Shown here: positions 1 through 10,171 of the stretch, one piece after another | How the letters are laid out: each line of letters opens with the position of its first letter | How positions within the stretch are numbered: position 1 is the stretch's first letter | DNA from: Candidatus Omnitrophota bacterium | Lineage (GTDB): Bacteria > Omnitrophota > Omnitrophia > Omnitrophales > Aquincolibacteriaceae | DNA length: 64,000 nucleotides | Assembly (NCBI GenBank): GCA_035368605.1 | Contig: DAOSLF010000003.1 | Coordinates: forward strand, 64,889 to 128,888 | Direction: 5' to 3' | Made by a program: the position numbers and the translations under genes | The notes under the pieces: generated by a model | The model's input: only the letters and a program-made list of their open reading frames with translations | The model's database searches: none | Told to the model about the DNA's origin: nothing

Positions 1-380
1 ACGCCTTCTTGTTCAGATCCGCGTCTTCCGAAACCAGCCGGAACTCGAGGAAGGCCGTCTTGCCGACGATCTCTTTGGCGCGCTCACGGTCCGTCATCCC
101 CGGAAGCTTCACCACGACCTGGGAACTTCCCTGCTTGGAGATCTCAGGCTCCTTCACACCGAAGGAATCGATACGGTTGCGGACGATCTCGACCACGCGA
201 TCCGCCACGTCTTTCTTGGCGGCTTCCGGCACCTTGTCCATATCGACCTGCAGCAGGAGCTGCATGCCGCCCTGGAGATCGAGACCGAGATTGATCTTCT
301 CCTGGAGCGGATACGCCTTCCAGATACAGAACACCGTGGCGATGATGATCGCAAGAACCTTCCACTTGTAATATTTGTCC
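1..380 (-). CDS. secD: Protein translocase subunit SecD. Only the N-terminal ~126 aa are in the window; the gene runs off the left edge.
   Basis: Minus-strand translation starts MDKYYKWKVLAIIIATVF and continues LDLQGGMQLLLQVD and VEIVRNRIDSFGV, a typical SecD N-terminus. It lies directly downstream of yajC and tgt in the conserved tgt-yajC-secD order. Confidence 0.8.
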
Positions 381-464
381 ATTCTCAAACCTTTCTGGCG
401 TTTAGCGAATAGCGTGGAGCGTAGGGGAATGTCTGCCTGTACGCTGAACGTTCTGCGCTGTCTG

Positions 465-776
465 TTATTGTCTCAATCCTGAAATCGCGCTTTTCAACAC
501 TTCGATCTTGGCTCCGGAATCGCCCACACTCAACACCACATAATCCTGCTGAACGCTCGAAACCTCACCGAGAATCCCGCCGGACGTGACGACCCTGTCG
601 CCCTTCTTGAGGGCGGTAAGCATCTCCTGATGCTTCTTCTGCTGCTTCTGCTGGGGACGGATCATGAAGAAATAAAAGACCACGAAAACGGCAATGAACG
701 GGAAGAACTGGATGAGCGGGTTGGGCTGCTGGGCGGTCTGGGCCGTGTCCGCAGCGTACGCGATGGATTCGAGCAT
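465..776 (-). CDS. yajC: Preprotein translocase subunit YajC
   Basis: 103 aa with one TM segment and the motifs IRPQQKQQKKHQEMLTALKKGDRVVTSGGILGEV. It sits between tgt and secD. Confidence 0.85.
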   Translation of the reverse strand: MLESIAYAADTAQTAQQPNPLIQFFPFIAVFVVFYFFMIRPQQKQQKKHQEMLTALKKGDRVVTSGGILGEVSSVQQDYVVLSVGDSGAKIEVLKSAISGLRQ

Positions 777-851
777 GATTTCCTTTCAGCTTTCGGTTTT
801 CAGTCCTCAGTTGTCAGTCTTTACTGAAAACTGATAATTGATAACTGCAAG

Positions 852-1973
852 CTATCTTGAGTCAGGATCAAACCTGTTGAAGAACCGTTTTTTGAAAGCG
901 AGGAAGCTTCCTTTCCGGATATGCTCCCTCATGGATTTAACCAAGTTTACGAAAAAATGAACATTATGCAAGGTAATCAATTGAGCGCCGAGGATCTCAT
1001 GGCTGTTCACGAGATGTCTGAGATACGCCCGTGAAAACTCCCGGCAAGCATAGCAATCACAGTCCTTTTGGATCGGTTTCGGATCTTTTTGATACTTTCC
1101 GTTCCTCACGACCACAAGGCCGTCCGATGTGAACGCCGTTCCGTTCCTGCCGTAGCGCGTCGGGTTCACGCAGTCGAACATATCCGCTCCGCGCTCGATC
1201 GCTTCGAAAAAATCAACCGGCGTGCCGACCCCCATCAGATACCTCGGCTTATCATCCGGCATCCGGGGAAGGATTTCTTCCAGAATCTTCAGCATCTCGG
1301 GCTTTGGCTCGCCCACGCTCAAACCTCCGAGCGCGTAACCGTCAAAACCGATCGCGAGCGTTTCCTCGAGCGACCGTTTCCTGAGATCGAGAAAGGTCCC
1401 GCCCTGCACGATGCCAAAGAGCGCCTGGGACCGGCGCTTGTGATGCTTTTTCGCGCGTTTCGCCCAGCGCAGGGTTATATTAACGGCCTTTTCGATCAGA
1501 TGTTTATCCTTGGACGCGGCCGGGCATTCATCGAAGATCATCGCGATGTCGCTTCCGAGGGTTTCCTGGATTTCGACCACTTTTTCCGGTGTGAGATGGA
1601 TCTCGCGGCCGTCGAAGTGGGAATTGAACGTGACGCCATCTTCCGAAATCTTCCGGAGTTTACTCAGGGAAAACACCTGGTAGCCACCGCTGTCGGTGAG
1701 GATCGGCCGGTCCCAGCCCATGAACTTGTGGAGCCCGCCGAGTTTCCTGATGACCTCCGTTCCCGGACGGATGTAGAGATGGTAGGCGTTCGAAAGGATG
1801 ATCTCGCTTCCCGCTTCCTTGACATCGCGCGGCGTAAGCGCTTTCACACTCCCCTGCGTGCCGACCGGCATAAAAACGGGCGTCTCGATCTTCCCGTGCG
1901 GCGTCGTGATATGCCCGACCCTCGCGTTGCACTTTTTGTCCGTTCCCAGCAGTTTAAATCCGAACTTCTTCAT
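852..1973 (-). CDS. tgt: Queuine tRNA-ribosyltransferase (tRNA-guanine transglycosylase)
   Basis: 373 aa. The N-terminus TPHGKIETPVFMPVGTQGSVKALTP and C-terminal zinc-site cysteines (CDCYACREFSRAYLRHL) are typical of Tgt. Confidence 0.9.
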   Translation of the reverse strand: MKKFGFKLLGTDKKCNARVGHITTPHGKIETPVFMPVGTQGSVKALTPRDVKEAGSEIILSNAYHLYIRPGTEVIRKLGGLHKFMGWDRPILTDSGGYQVFSLSKLRKISEDGVTFNSHFDGREIHLTPEKVVEIQETLGSDIAMIFDECPAASKDKHLIEKAVNITLRWAKRAKKHHKRRSQALFGIVQGGTFLDLRKRSLEETLAIGFDGYALGGLSVGEPKPEMLKILEEILPRMPDDKPRYLMGVGTPVDFFEAIERGADMFDCVNPTRYGRNGTAFTSDGLVVVRNGKYQKDPKPIQKDCDCYACREFSRAYLRHLVNSHEILGAQLITLHNVHFFVNLVKSMREHIRKGSFLAFKKRFFNRFDPDSR

Positions 1974-2075
1974 TGAAAGCCGCTCCCAGGTCAGCGGCGT
2001 ATTATATGTATTTGGGCTTTCTTCGGAACATAAAAACTGGACGCTCCCGGGTCACGGTGTGATACAATTCCCGTC

Positions 2076-3398
2076 ATGATTTCGAAAGTTCGGAAATTCC
2101 TTCAGCACGACATCTGGCGCATCCGGGCGCGGGAAGCAAAGGGCTTCCGCGGGAAAGGCATTCGCCTCCTTCGGATTTTCCTGCTTTCCTTCCGCCAGTT
2201 TTCAGGCGACATGTGTTCGTTCAGGGCGTCGGCTCTCACCTTCTATTCTCTTCTTTCGGTCGTTCCCGTGCTCGCGATGTCATTCGGGATCGCAAAGGGT
2301 TTCGGCCTCGACAGGCTTTTGCGTGAAAAGCTCATGGAGGGCATACAGGGGCAGCAGGAAATCCTGACGCGGCTGATCACGTTCGCGGAGACCCTGCTTG
2401 AGAACACGAAGGGGGGTGTCATCGCGGGGGTCGGCGTCGCAGTCCTGCTCTGGTCGGTAATCGGGGTCCTCGGGAACATCGAAACGTCGTTCAACAACAT
2501 CTGGGGGATCAAGAAACAGCGGAGCCTGGGGCGCAAGTTCACGGATTACCTCTCGATGATGCTGATCGCCCCGGTCCTCTACGTCGTCGCGGCCAGCGCG
2601 ACCGTCTTCGCGGCCGCCAAGATCACGGCGGTCGCCCGGAAGATCGCGATCCTGGGCGCCGTGGCGCCGCTCATCGCCGCGGGGCTCAAACTCCTCCCCT
2701 TCCTGGTATTCGCGGCTCTCCTGACCTACCTTTACATCGCGATGCCGAACGGAAAAATCCATTTCAGGTCCGCGTTGCTTGGCGGTATCGTCGCGGGCGC
2801 GCTGTACCAGATCGTTCAATGGGTTTATATCCGGTTTCAGATCGGCGTTTCAAACGCGGGCGCGATCTACGGAAGTTTCGCGGCCCTTCCGCTTTTTCTG
2901 ATCTGGCTGCAGATGAGCTGGCGCATCGTGCTTTACGGCGCGGAGCTCGCCTTTTCGCATCAGAACGAACTCACATTCGAATTCGAACACGATTGCCTTA
3001 ACGCCAATTATTCGGTTAAAAAACTCCTCGCTCTCCGGATCACCCATCTATGCGTGTCACGATTCGCCGCCGGGAAACCGCCCCTCTCCGCCGAGGAGAT
3101 CGCGGCCCAGCTTGAGATGCCGATCCGCCTCGCGCGGGATCTGATCTTCCGTCTGACGGCAGCGAACATCCTGGCCATCGCCCAGGGCGAGAACGACCGG
3201 GACCGTCTTTATCAGCCAGCCCGCGACGTTGGGGACATGACGGTGCAGTTCGTGATCGACCAGATGGAAAAAGCCGGGTCGAGCGAAGTTCCTTCAGCGA
3301 AATCGCCGGTGCTCGAAAAACTGCGGGATTCGCTCGCGGCTTTTGACCAGGCCCTCCGCAAACTCCCCGAGAACAGGCTCCTCAAGGACCTGTCCTAG
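2076..3398 (+). CDS. YihY/BrkB-family inner-membrane protein with a C-terminal soluble extension
   Basis: 440 aa. N-terminal motif FRASALTFYSLLSVVPVL followed by several TM helices, characteristic of the YihY/virulence-factor BrkB family. Confidence 0.7.
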   Translation: MISKVRKFLQHDIWRIRAREAKGFRGKGIRLLRIFLLSFRQFSGDMCSFRASALTFYSLLSVVPVLAMSFGIAKGFGLDRLLREKLMEGIQGQQEILTRLITFAETLLENTKGGVIAGVGVAVLLWSVIGVLGNIETSFNNIWGIKKQRSLGRKFTDYLSMMLIAPVLYVVAASATVFAAAKITAVARKIAILGAVAPLIAAGLKLLPFLVFAALLTYLYIAMPNGKIHFRSALLGGIVAGALYQIVQWVYIRFQIGVSNAGAIYGSFAALPLFLIWLQMSWRIVLYGAELAFSHQNELTFEFEHDCLNANYSVKKLLALRITHLCVSRFAAGKPPLSAEEIAAQLEMPIRLARDLIFRLTAANILAIAQGENDRDRLYQPARDVGDMTVQFVIDQMEKAGSSEVPSAKSPVLEKLRDSLAAFDQALRKLPENRLLKDLS

Positions 3399-3533
3399 CG
3401 TAGAGCGCGGGCAAAAACAGGTTGTGAAATTTTTGGTTTTCCCGACGCTATCCGCCCTGCGCTAAAAAACAAACCTGGCATCGCCTTCCTGATCCTGATT
3501 GCATTTCAGGGAAACCGGAACCGCTCGCCATGT

Positions 3534-4607
3534 TCAACCGATGAACATGGCGTCACCGTAACTCGCGAAACGGTAATCCCCTTCCAGCGCAATCCGGTAC
3601 GCGGCCATCATCTTGTCATATCCGAGAAAAGCCGCGATCATGACAAGCAGTGTACTTCCCGGCATATGAAAGTTTGTGATCAACGCGTCCACTACTTTAA
3701 ACTCATACGGCGGATGGATGAAGATCGAGGTTTTCCGCACACCCGATCCAACCTCGTAGGTTGGATCGGTCTCCTCACCTCCGACGCGGTGTGTTGAATG
3801 AATGACAGCAGATTCAAGCGCGCGAACGCAAGTCGTGCCGCAGGCCACGATCCGCCGACCTTCCCGTCTGGCCCGGTTGATTCTTGTGGCGGCATCTTCC
3901 GTGATCTCGTAGACCTCTTCGAACATCCGGTGATCCCCGATATTCTCGACCGCGATCGGCTGGAAGGTCCCGTAGCTGACATGAAGCGTGATCGGGACCA
4001 CTTCAACGCCTTTCGCGCGAACCCCTTCGAGCAGCGCTTCGTCAAAATGGAGCCCGGCGGTCGGTGACGCCACCGCGCCTTCGTTCTCGGCGAAGACCGT
4101 TTGGTACATGCTCCGGTCGATCGTCTGGTCCGGACGGTCGATATAGGGCGGAAGCGGGATATGCCCGAGAATCCTGATCTTCTCTTTGATGCCTTCGCCA
4201 GGGAACCGGATGAACCGCTGGCCCGAATCGGGAACCGGCCGGTCAATCACCTCCGCCCGCAGTTCGATCCCGTTGACGCCGAAATCGACGATCTGCCCTT
4301 CCTTCACCCGCCCGCCCGGTTTGAGAAGACATTCCCAGATATTCGCATCGACCTCTTTTAAAAGAAGCGCTTCGACTTTTCCGCCCGTCGCTTTTTTCCC
4401 GAAGAGCCGCGCGGGCAAGACCTTGGCATTGTTCAGAACGAGGAGGTCGGTCGGTCTGAGGAGATCGGGAAGATCACGGAAAATACGGTGGACGATCGCG
4501 CCCGTCCCACGGTCGACGCAAAGCAGCTTCGCGTCGGCCCGCTCTTTCGTCGGGAAGAGAGCGATTTTTTCTTTGGGAAGCGGATAGTCGAAATCGGAAA
4601 GTTTCAT
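3534..4607 (-). CDS. queA: S-adenosylmethionine:tRNA ribosyltransferase-isomerase
   Basis: Starts MKLSDFDYPLPKEKIALFP and contains LLVLNNAKVLPARL, a QueA hallmark. The start was chosen at the second Met of the track ORF (ATG at 4605-4607). Confidence 0.9.
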   Translation of the reverse strand: MKLSDFDYPLPKEKIALFPTKERADAKLLCVDRGTGAIVHRIFRDLPDLLRPTDLLVLNNAKVLPARLFGKKATGGKVEALLLKEVDANIWECLLKPGGRVKEGQIVDFGVNGIELRAEVIDRPVPDSGQRFIRFPGEGIKEKIRILGHIPLPPYIDRPDQTIDRSMYQTVFAENEGAVASPTAGLHFDEALLEGVRAKGVEVVPITLHVSYGTFQPIAVENIGDHRMFEEVYEITEDAATRINRARREGRRIVACGTTCVRALESAVIHSTHRVGGEETDPTYEVGSGVRKTSIFIHPPYEFKVVDALITNFHMPGSTLLVMIAAFLGYDKMMAAYRIALEGDYRFASYGDAMFIG

Positions 4608-4645
4608 GGCGTGGAGCGCGCGAAGCGTTTGGCGCAAGGCCCCTC

Positions 4646-5203
4646 TCAGCGCCCTGCGCCAAGCAGTTTAATGGTTTGGTCAACCGAAGAAACCAGGTAA
4701 AAGCTCTCCGGAATCTTGAGGGCCGGATCTTTCTTTAAAAATTTCACGAGTTTCTGGAGCCGCTTGCCAAGAAGAAGGACGGGCTTCGTGTGGAGTTTCC
4801 TGTTCGCCATTTCCCAAACAAGAAAAAGCTCATTCAGCGTCCCCGTGGCCCCGTCGAGGAAAACATAGGCCTCGCCCGTCTCGATCAACTTCAGGAGCCT
4901 CCCTTCCCAGGAAGGCATTCTGATCTCGGCATCGGCCCACTGATTCACCCGGGTCAAAGCCCGGCCTGGATAACTTTTGAAACCCGGCATTTTCCGGGCC
5001 TCGACCGTAATACCCGTATTCGTCCCGCCCGCAGCCCGGCACCCCTTCGCGACCGCTTCCATCACCCCGCCGTAACCGCCATGATAGACTGAAAAACCCG
5101 CCCGCGCGAGCGCCAGACCGAGTTTTACGGCCTGCCGGTAGACCGGAGAACCTTCCCGGATCGTCCCGCTGCCAAAGACCGAAACTCTCCTGATCTTACC
5201 CAT
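4646..5203 (-). CDS. LOG-family (TIGR00730) Rossmann-fold nucleotide-binding protein
   Basis: Motifs VSVFGSG, GGYGGVMEA and TGTLNELF of the LOG / cytokinin riboside 5'-monophosphate phosphoribohydrolase family. The start is ambiguous (5224 or 5203). Confidence 0.75.
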   Translation of the reverse strand: MGKIRRVSVFGSGTIREGSPVYRQAVKLGLALARAGFSVYHGGYGGVMEAVAKGCRAAGGTNTGITVEARKMPGFKSYPGRALTRVNQWADAEIRMPSWEGRLLKLIETGEAYVFLDGATGTLNELFLVWEMANRKLHTKPVLLLGKRLQKLVKFLKKDPALKIPESFYLVSSVDQTIKLLGAGR

Positions 5204-5963
5204 CGACCTTACGGATCCCGTCATCGGGCGTCAAAGTCCCGGACGCGACTTTCTCCCCTTTCAGGATCTCGGGAACGGGCTGCGCGTCGATGCGAATCCC
5301 CCCGTCGTGCTCGATCCTGAGGGTGTAGATCGTTCCGGGAAGAAACATGGAACCGGGCGCTTCGATCTGCGCGTTCTTGATACCGGCCCGGTCACGCTTT
5401 GCGGGATCGAGGGCGTACGTCCAGAAATCCCGCCATAGCCTTTCCTGAAATTCGCCCTGGTTTTTCCCGGACTCGACGTGATAGCCGGCGGGAATCTCGC
5501 CTGCTTTCGTGATGTCAAACTCCCGGGTTTTTGCCCCATCCAGCACAAACGCCTTCATGAAAAGATACGCGCTTTTGCCCCTGAGCCGGTCCCCCGCGCC
5601 CACGAACTTGTCCTGGAAACGGACCACAAGCGACTGAAACTGGATGATGTTACCCGGGAAGGTGAAATATTTCGGGGCGAGCGGCCGGTCTTTGGCATCG
5701 TATTCGAGAAATTTGATCGTGGTCCTGATCTTCTTCGTCGATTCGTCGAATTCGCTTTTCGTGACAAGCACATCCGCGACACGCGTGTCCGCCGAAAGCC
5801 GCTCTATCATCTGGCGGAGCATCCGCTCTTTCCCGATCCAGCGATGAACGCCGTAAACGCCGGCAATCACGGCGACCGCGATAAGCCCGCCGATCACCAT
5901 ATTAAAAATTCTGGAAGCGTTGAGGTTTTTCATTGATCCGTCTCTTGAGGACAACGAGGACAT
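5196..5963 (-). CDS. Hypothetical membrane-anchored protein
   Basis: 255-aa ORF with good coding statistics, a single N-terminal TM segment (IFNMVIGGLIAVAVIAGVYGV) and a soluble C-terminal domain. I recognised no family. Confidence 0.5.
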   Translation of the reverse strand: MSSLSSRDGSMKNLNASRIFNMVIGGLIAVAVIAGVYGVHRWIGKERMLRQMIERLSADTRVADVLVTKSEFDESTKKIRTTIKFLEYDAKDRPLAPKYFTFPGNIIQFQSLVVRFQDKFVGAGDRLRGKSAYLFMKAFVLDGAKTREFDITKAGEIPAGYHVESGKNQGEFQERLWRDFWTYALDPAKRDRAGIKNAQIEAPGSMFLPGTIYTLRIEHDGGIRIDAQPVPEILKGEKVASGTLTPDDGIRKVDG

Positions 5964-6011
5964 TCATCCGCCGCGAAACTTGCCGGACGGACGCCCCCGG
6001 TTTTAAAATCA

Positions 6012-6085
6012 CGCGCCCGGCTGGAATTGAACCAGCAACCTTCACCTTCGGAGGGTGACACTCTATCCAATTGAGCTACGGGCGC
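6012..6085 (-). tRNA. tRNA-Arg (anticodon CCG)
   Basis: The reverse complement GCGCCCGTAGCTCAATTGGATAGAGTGTCACCCTCCGAAGGTGAAGGTTGCTGGTTCAATTCCAGCCGGGCGCG folds as a cloverleaf: 7-bp acceptor stem, D loop AATTGGATAGAG, anticodon loop CTCCGAA, and T loop GGTTCAATTCC. Confidence 0.85.
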
Positions 6086-6291
6086 ACTTGCTTCCAACGA
6101 GCAAGCACCCTATCACCGCGGCATCCTGACCACCGCGCGCGATAAGGCAAATCAACTTTAATTCATTTCAATCGAGCGTTGCGCCAGCCCCGAGGGGCGG
6201 ACACAGAACCGTAAAAGCGGGAAGCAGCGAGGCCGGTATTATAACGGAAGAGAACAGCTTTCCCAAAATGCTTATTATCATCGCGCGGAGC

Positions 6292-7551
6292 TCAGCCTCC
6301 CAGGGCGTCCTCGATCATGCCCATCAGCCCGCCGGCGCTTTTCGATTCTCTCACCGAACTTTGGAGCTTGATAATCGAAGCCCCCGGATAATAGTAACTG
6401 AGAATCTCCCGGTAGCCGTAACCAAGCTCCCCAAGATGCTTCATCCCATACTGACAGATCCCGACCCCGTGGCCCCATCCGCGTCCCCTGAACCTGAACT
6501 TTCCGTCCTCCGTGACGCTGACCCGGGTAATCAGATTGCTCTTCAGTTTTTCGGGTCCCATCCAGACACGGAAGGCATCGGCGTCCACGGATTTTCTCAT
6601 CCAGTCGGAACCGACAGCGATCTCGTGCGCCCGCCCGGACGCATCGATCTTCCCGAGGCGGATGCTTTTAACGGTCTGGACCGGAATTCCTCCTTTCGCG
6701 GCCATTTTTTCCTTGATCTCTTTCGGTGAAAAAACGGTTTCCCATTTATAGTGCGGTGATTTCGCGCAAAACTTGCACTCAACCCCCTTCAGCGGCTCGA
6801 CAGGCTTGACCCGCCATACGAGCTCGACACCCGTGGTCCGGCCGCCGCACGTGGAATGGAAATAACCCGGAAAAACCTTGTTTTTATACAGCAGGATTTC
6901 TCCTCTTGTGTCATCGACCGCCTGGTTCGTTTTGGGGTTCTCGATCTTCTTGCCGGAATAGACCTGGCTGTAGACACCCGAAGAGACATCGTAGTCCTCG
7001 TTGATCCGCTCGATCATTTTGAAGACTGCGTAAGTGCGGGACGCCACCGCCTGGGCCTTGAGCGCCTCGAGCGACCATGCCGGATTCGCCTCAAACGGGA
7101 TGACGCCTTTCAGGTAATCATCCACGGGAATGCGGTTGATCACTTCCACCTTGTTCCCGGAAACCCGCCGGATCGTAACCGTGTCGCCATAGACCCCGAG
7201 GTTTCCGATCCGGATACCGTGTTCGATACTGCGGATCGTAACGGCAGATCCCGGATACAGGCGATCTCCGATCAGAATGCCGTCCGCCGATGCACGGATC
7301 GCCTGGACGGGAAGCACTTCCCCCTGTTGGGTGATCTTTCCGTAAGCGTCGTAAATCTCATAGTGTGCGGAGCTGGAAATCTTGACCTCTGCACGCGGTT
7401 TGACAACCAGAACGCGAATCTTTTGGGAATTCAGGATTTCTTTGGGAATCGGCAACATGACGTTCCGGAGTTCCTGGGCCGCGAAAACCGGAGCCGCCGC
7501 AAGAACAGCCGTAAAACATCCCGTGATTAAACAACGTTTAAAAAATCCCAT
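6292..7551 (-). CDS. SpoIID/LytB-domain protein (amidase enhancer-like), secreted
   Basis: 419 aa with a signal peptide (CFTAVLAAAPVFAAQE). The SpoIID/LytB core is recognisable in AVASRTYAVF ... GYFHSTCGGRT ... GHGVGICQYGMKHLGELGY. Confidence 0.8.
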   Translation of the reverse strand: MGFFKRCLITGCFTAVLAAAPVFAAQELRNVMLPIPKEILNSQKIRVLVVKPRAEVKISSSAHYEIYDAYGKITQQGEVLPVQAIRASADGILIGDRLYPGSAVTIRSIEHGIRIGNLGVYGDTVTIRRVSGNKVEVINRIPVDDYLKGVIPFEANPAWSLEALKAQAVASRTYAVFKMIERINEDYDVSSGVYSQVYSGKKIENPKTNQAVDDTRGEILLYKNKVFPGYFHSTCGGRTTGVELVWRVKPVEPLKGVECKFCAKSPHYKWETVFSPKEIKEKMAAKGGIPVQTVKSIRLGKIDASGRAHEIAVGSDWMRKSVDADAFRVWMGPEKLKSNLITRVSVTEDGKFRFRGRGWGHGVGICQYGMKHLGELGYGYREILSYYYPGASIIKLQSSVRESKSAGGLMGMIEDALGG

Positions 7552-7699
7552 AAGATCCCCGCTCGATTCATGCCCCAGCCAGAACGCTCCAGGGAGAGAC
7601 CGGAAAGTAAAAACCCCCGCGCCTTGCCGTCTGCTTACCGATTAACGGCAAACAAGCGGAACAAGCGCAGGGGTTTTCAGGAGAAACAGACCCTGAGCC

Positions 7700-8200
7700 T
7701 TACTTGATGGACTGGAGGTAGACCTTGAGTTTCGACCAGGTCCTGCTGCCGCAGACACCATCCGCGGCAAGACCGTTGTCCCGCTGGAAAGCACTGATCG
7801 CTTCGCGCGTCGCGGGGCCCACTTTGCCATCAAGGGCGCCGTTATAGTAACCGGCCTTCTTGAGAGCCTTCTGGATGTTGACGGCCGGAAGCTCGAAACC
7901 GGAAGGAGTGCGGTAGATCGATCTGATAACGCCTTCCTCCTCCTGCAACGCACCGATCCGGCTTTCCGTAACGCTCAGTTCGCTTTCAAGCTGCCCCTTG
8001 CGGGATTCAGCGATCGAAAGAGCGGCACGGGTGTCCTGAAGCGACTGATCGAGGCGGACAAGTTCATCCGTCACGGCGCCCATCTGGGCCTGAAGGGTGT
8101 CAACTTTTTTGCCGGTCTTACGCGACGCACAACCGCTCAGCGCGACAAGACCGATCATGATGAAGAGGAACGTGAAACGTGTTGCTTTTCCCATTGTCAT
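7700..8200 (-). CDS. Lipoprotein with a coiled-coil and a C-terminal peptidoglycan-binding domain
   Basis: Lipobox LVALSGC. The C-terminus LKKAGYYNGALDGKVGPATREAISAFQRDNGLAADGVCGSRTW matches the PG_binding_1 motif. Confidence 0.6.
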   Translation of the reverse strand: MTMGKATRFTFLFIMIGLVALSGCASRKTGKKVDTLQAQMGAVTDELVRLDQSLQDTRAALSIAESRKGQLESELSVTESRIGALQEEEGVIRSIYRTPSGFELPAVNIQKALKKAGYYNGALDGKVGPATREAISAFQRDNGLAADGVCGSRTWSKLKVYLQSIK

Positions 8201-8276
8201 TTCTCCTGGTTAGTGATCTTCGGGGTCCGAATAAATGCTTCGAAGGGCTTGAGTCTATCAAAACGGGACCTGAATA

Positions 8277-9164
8277 TCAACGCCGATTCTTTTTTGTGTC
8301 CTGTGCGGCAGGGGCATCGCCGGCCGGGGGCGATTCCCCGGTCGCGGGACCCGGCTGCGGCGTTTCTTCCAGAGGACGAACCGCAAAGAGCATGAATTCC
8401 GTGTGTCCGATCATCCGCTGGACGGGACGTGTCTTGCCGCCGCGCGCAAGAATCTCGCGTTCAAGCAGCTCACGGGCCTCCACAAGAATAAAACCGCCGG
8501 CGCGAAGGGCTTCTGCCATCTTTTCGATCTGGTTGAAGGTAGGGTTCAGACTAACGACACGGCCCCCGCCCCTCAACGCCTTCCTGATCTGCTCCACTTC
8601 ATCCCAGGGCTGAGGAATATCCAGAATCATCGCATCAACACCCGTTTCTTCGAAAGGGTCCATCGCCTGCCGCTGTTTGAACGTCACAAAGGGCGTCAAC
8701 CCCGCGCGGGCGACGTTCCGGCGGGCATTCTTCGGAAGGTCCGTCCGGCGGTCGTACGTGTAAACATGACCGTTCGGCGCAACGGTCTGGGCGAGGGCCA
8801 TCGTAAGGGACCCCGATCCCGTACCGACCTCGATCACTCGCGAGCCGGTCGTAATCCCGGCTTTCATGATCAGAAGCGCGGCGTCTTTCGGGTAGATGAT
8901 GCCGCTTTCGCGGGAGGCCTTCATCATGAAATCTTCAAGCGTCGGCTTGAGAAGATAGCCCGAGCCGTGTTCGCAGACGACTTTCTGACCGAAAGGTTTT
9001 CCGATCCAGTCGTCAACCAGCAACGGGCGACCGCAATGGATCGACGCCCGTTTGCCACGGGTTACTTCGATGAGATAACTTTGTTCGTCCTCAAACCAGA
9101 GAAGAACGGCATCGCCCTCCCGGATGAGGGTGTTATGGATACCGGCAGAAGGGGTGTTTTGCAT
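8277..9164 (-). CDS. trmI: tRNA (adenine58-N1)-methyltransferase, TrmI/GCD14 family
   Basis: SAM-binding motif VIEVGTGSGSLTMALA plus the TrmI-type N-terminal beta domain (LIREGDAVLLWFEDEQSYLIEV). Confidence 0.8.
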   Translation of the reverse strand: MQNTPSAGIHNTLIREGDAVLLWFEDEQSYLIEVTRGKRASIHCGRPLLVDDWIGKPFGQKVVCEHGSGYLLKPTLEDFMMKASRESGIIYPKDAALLIMKAGITTGSRVIEVGTGSGSLTMALAQTVAPNGHVYTYDRRTDLPKNARRNVARAGLTPFVTFKQRQAMDPFEETGVDAMILDIPQPWDEVEQIRKALRGGGRVVSLNPTFNQIEKMAEALRAGGFILVEARELLEREILARGGKTRPVQRMIGHTEFMLFAVRPLEETPQPGPATGESPPAGDAPAAQDTKKNRR

Positions 9165-9296
9165 TTGCGTAAATTAACAGATTTCTTCCGAATTGCCAGC
9201 GATTTGTCAGGCTCCGGATTCCGTGGCGGCCGCGATCATCGTTCAATATCGCTTCATCCCGTCCGGTCTCGCTTCGTCATGTCGGTTTAGCGGATA

Positions 9297-9947
9297 TCAC
9301 CACTGCTTTTCGCGCGCGAGACGAAGGACTTCCTCATAGCTGTGCACCAGATGGTCAGGCGACGCGTCCACAAGCACACTTTCGGGGGTGAAACCGTGGC
9401 TCAGACAGACGATCTCGACCCTGGCGCTCCGTGCCGTCTGGATATCGACGGGACTATCGCCGACAAACAGCGTTTCCTCCGGGCGGGCCTTGACTTCCCC
9501 CATTAAACAGAAAAGCGAGGCGGGATCCGGTTTGAACGGAAGACCATTATCTCCCGCCAGGATATCGATGAAATAATGCGCAACGCCGAGCGCTTCGAGA
9601 ATCTGCGTGGAAAAGGGGTTTGGTTTGTTCGTTATCACGGCCTGTGTCCGGTCCCTGAAGAACTCCAGCATGTCCTTCGCGCCGGGATAAAGTCGGGAGT
9701 GATCGAGCATGTGTTCGACGTAATGCTGCCGGTAAATCTTCGCTCCCCGTTCCGCGAGTTTTTCGTCCTCCGTCCGGAACACCCGGCGGATCAGCGAATG
9801 GAGCCCCGTTCCCACGCATTCCTTGATCTCGTCGTCCGTGAGATGGGGGCCGTTCAGCTCCCGGAGGGCATGGCGGACGCTGTTGATGATATCCTGGCGC
9901 GTATCCACCAGCGTTCCATCGAGGTCATAGATAATGAGTTTTTTCAT
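9297..9947 (-). CDS. HAD-family hydrolase (phosphoglycolate phosphatase-like)
   Basis: Motif I IIYDLDGTLVDT, motif II VITNKP, and motif IV FVGDSPVDI. Confidence 0.75.
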   Translation of the reverse strand: MKKLIIYDLDGTLVDTRQDIINSVRHALRELNGPHLTDDEIKECVGTGLHSLIRRVFRTEDEKLAERGAKIYRQHYVEHMLDHSRLYPGAKDMLEFFRDRTQAVITNKPNPFSTQILEALGVAHYFIDILAGDNGLPFKPDPASLFCLMGEVKARPEETLFVGDSPVDIQTARSARVEIVCLSHGFTPESVLVDASPDHLVHSYEEVLRLAREKQW

Positions 9948-10171
9948 GCAATCTCTCCCGTGATCCTTGCCGCGAATTCGGCGGCAGGAGTTGCAACCAG
10001 GATATTTGTTTTTAAGGAACGCCGCGTGGACACATTCGGCCTACACGCCCCGGGATTGAACCCCCTTCGGTCATCCAACCGATCGGGGCCGCTGTGTTGC
10101 CATCCGTTTCGGGACTTCCGTTCAAAACGATGATCTTTTCCGTGACATGAAGAGAATCCCGCAGAATACGG

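Noticed and set aside
1068-1976. 302-aa + strand ORF covering the tgt locus
   Set aside because: It is fully antisense to the well-supported tgt gene. It has no recognisable motifs and reflects high-GC absence of stop codons.
3528-3550. Perfect 9-bp inverted repeat CCATGTTCA-ACCGA-TGAACATGG overlapping the queA stop codon
   Set aside because: It is a simple hairpin without a following U-run on the transcribed strand and has no repeated copies elsewhere in the window. Probably incidental or a weak attenuator; there is not enough evidence to call it a terminator.
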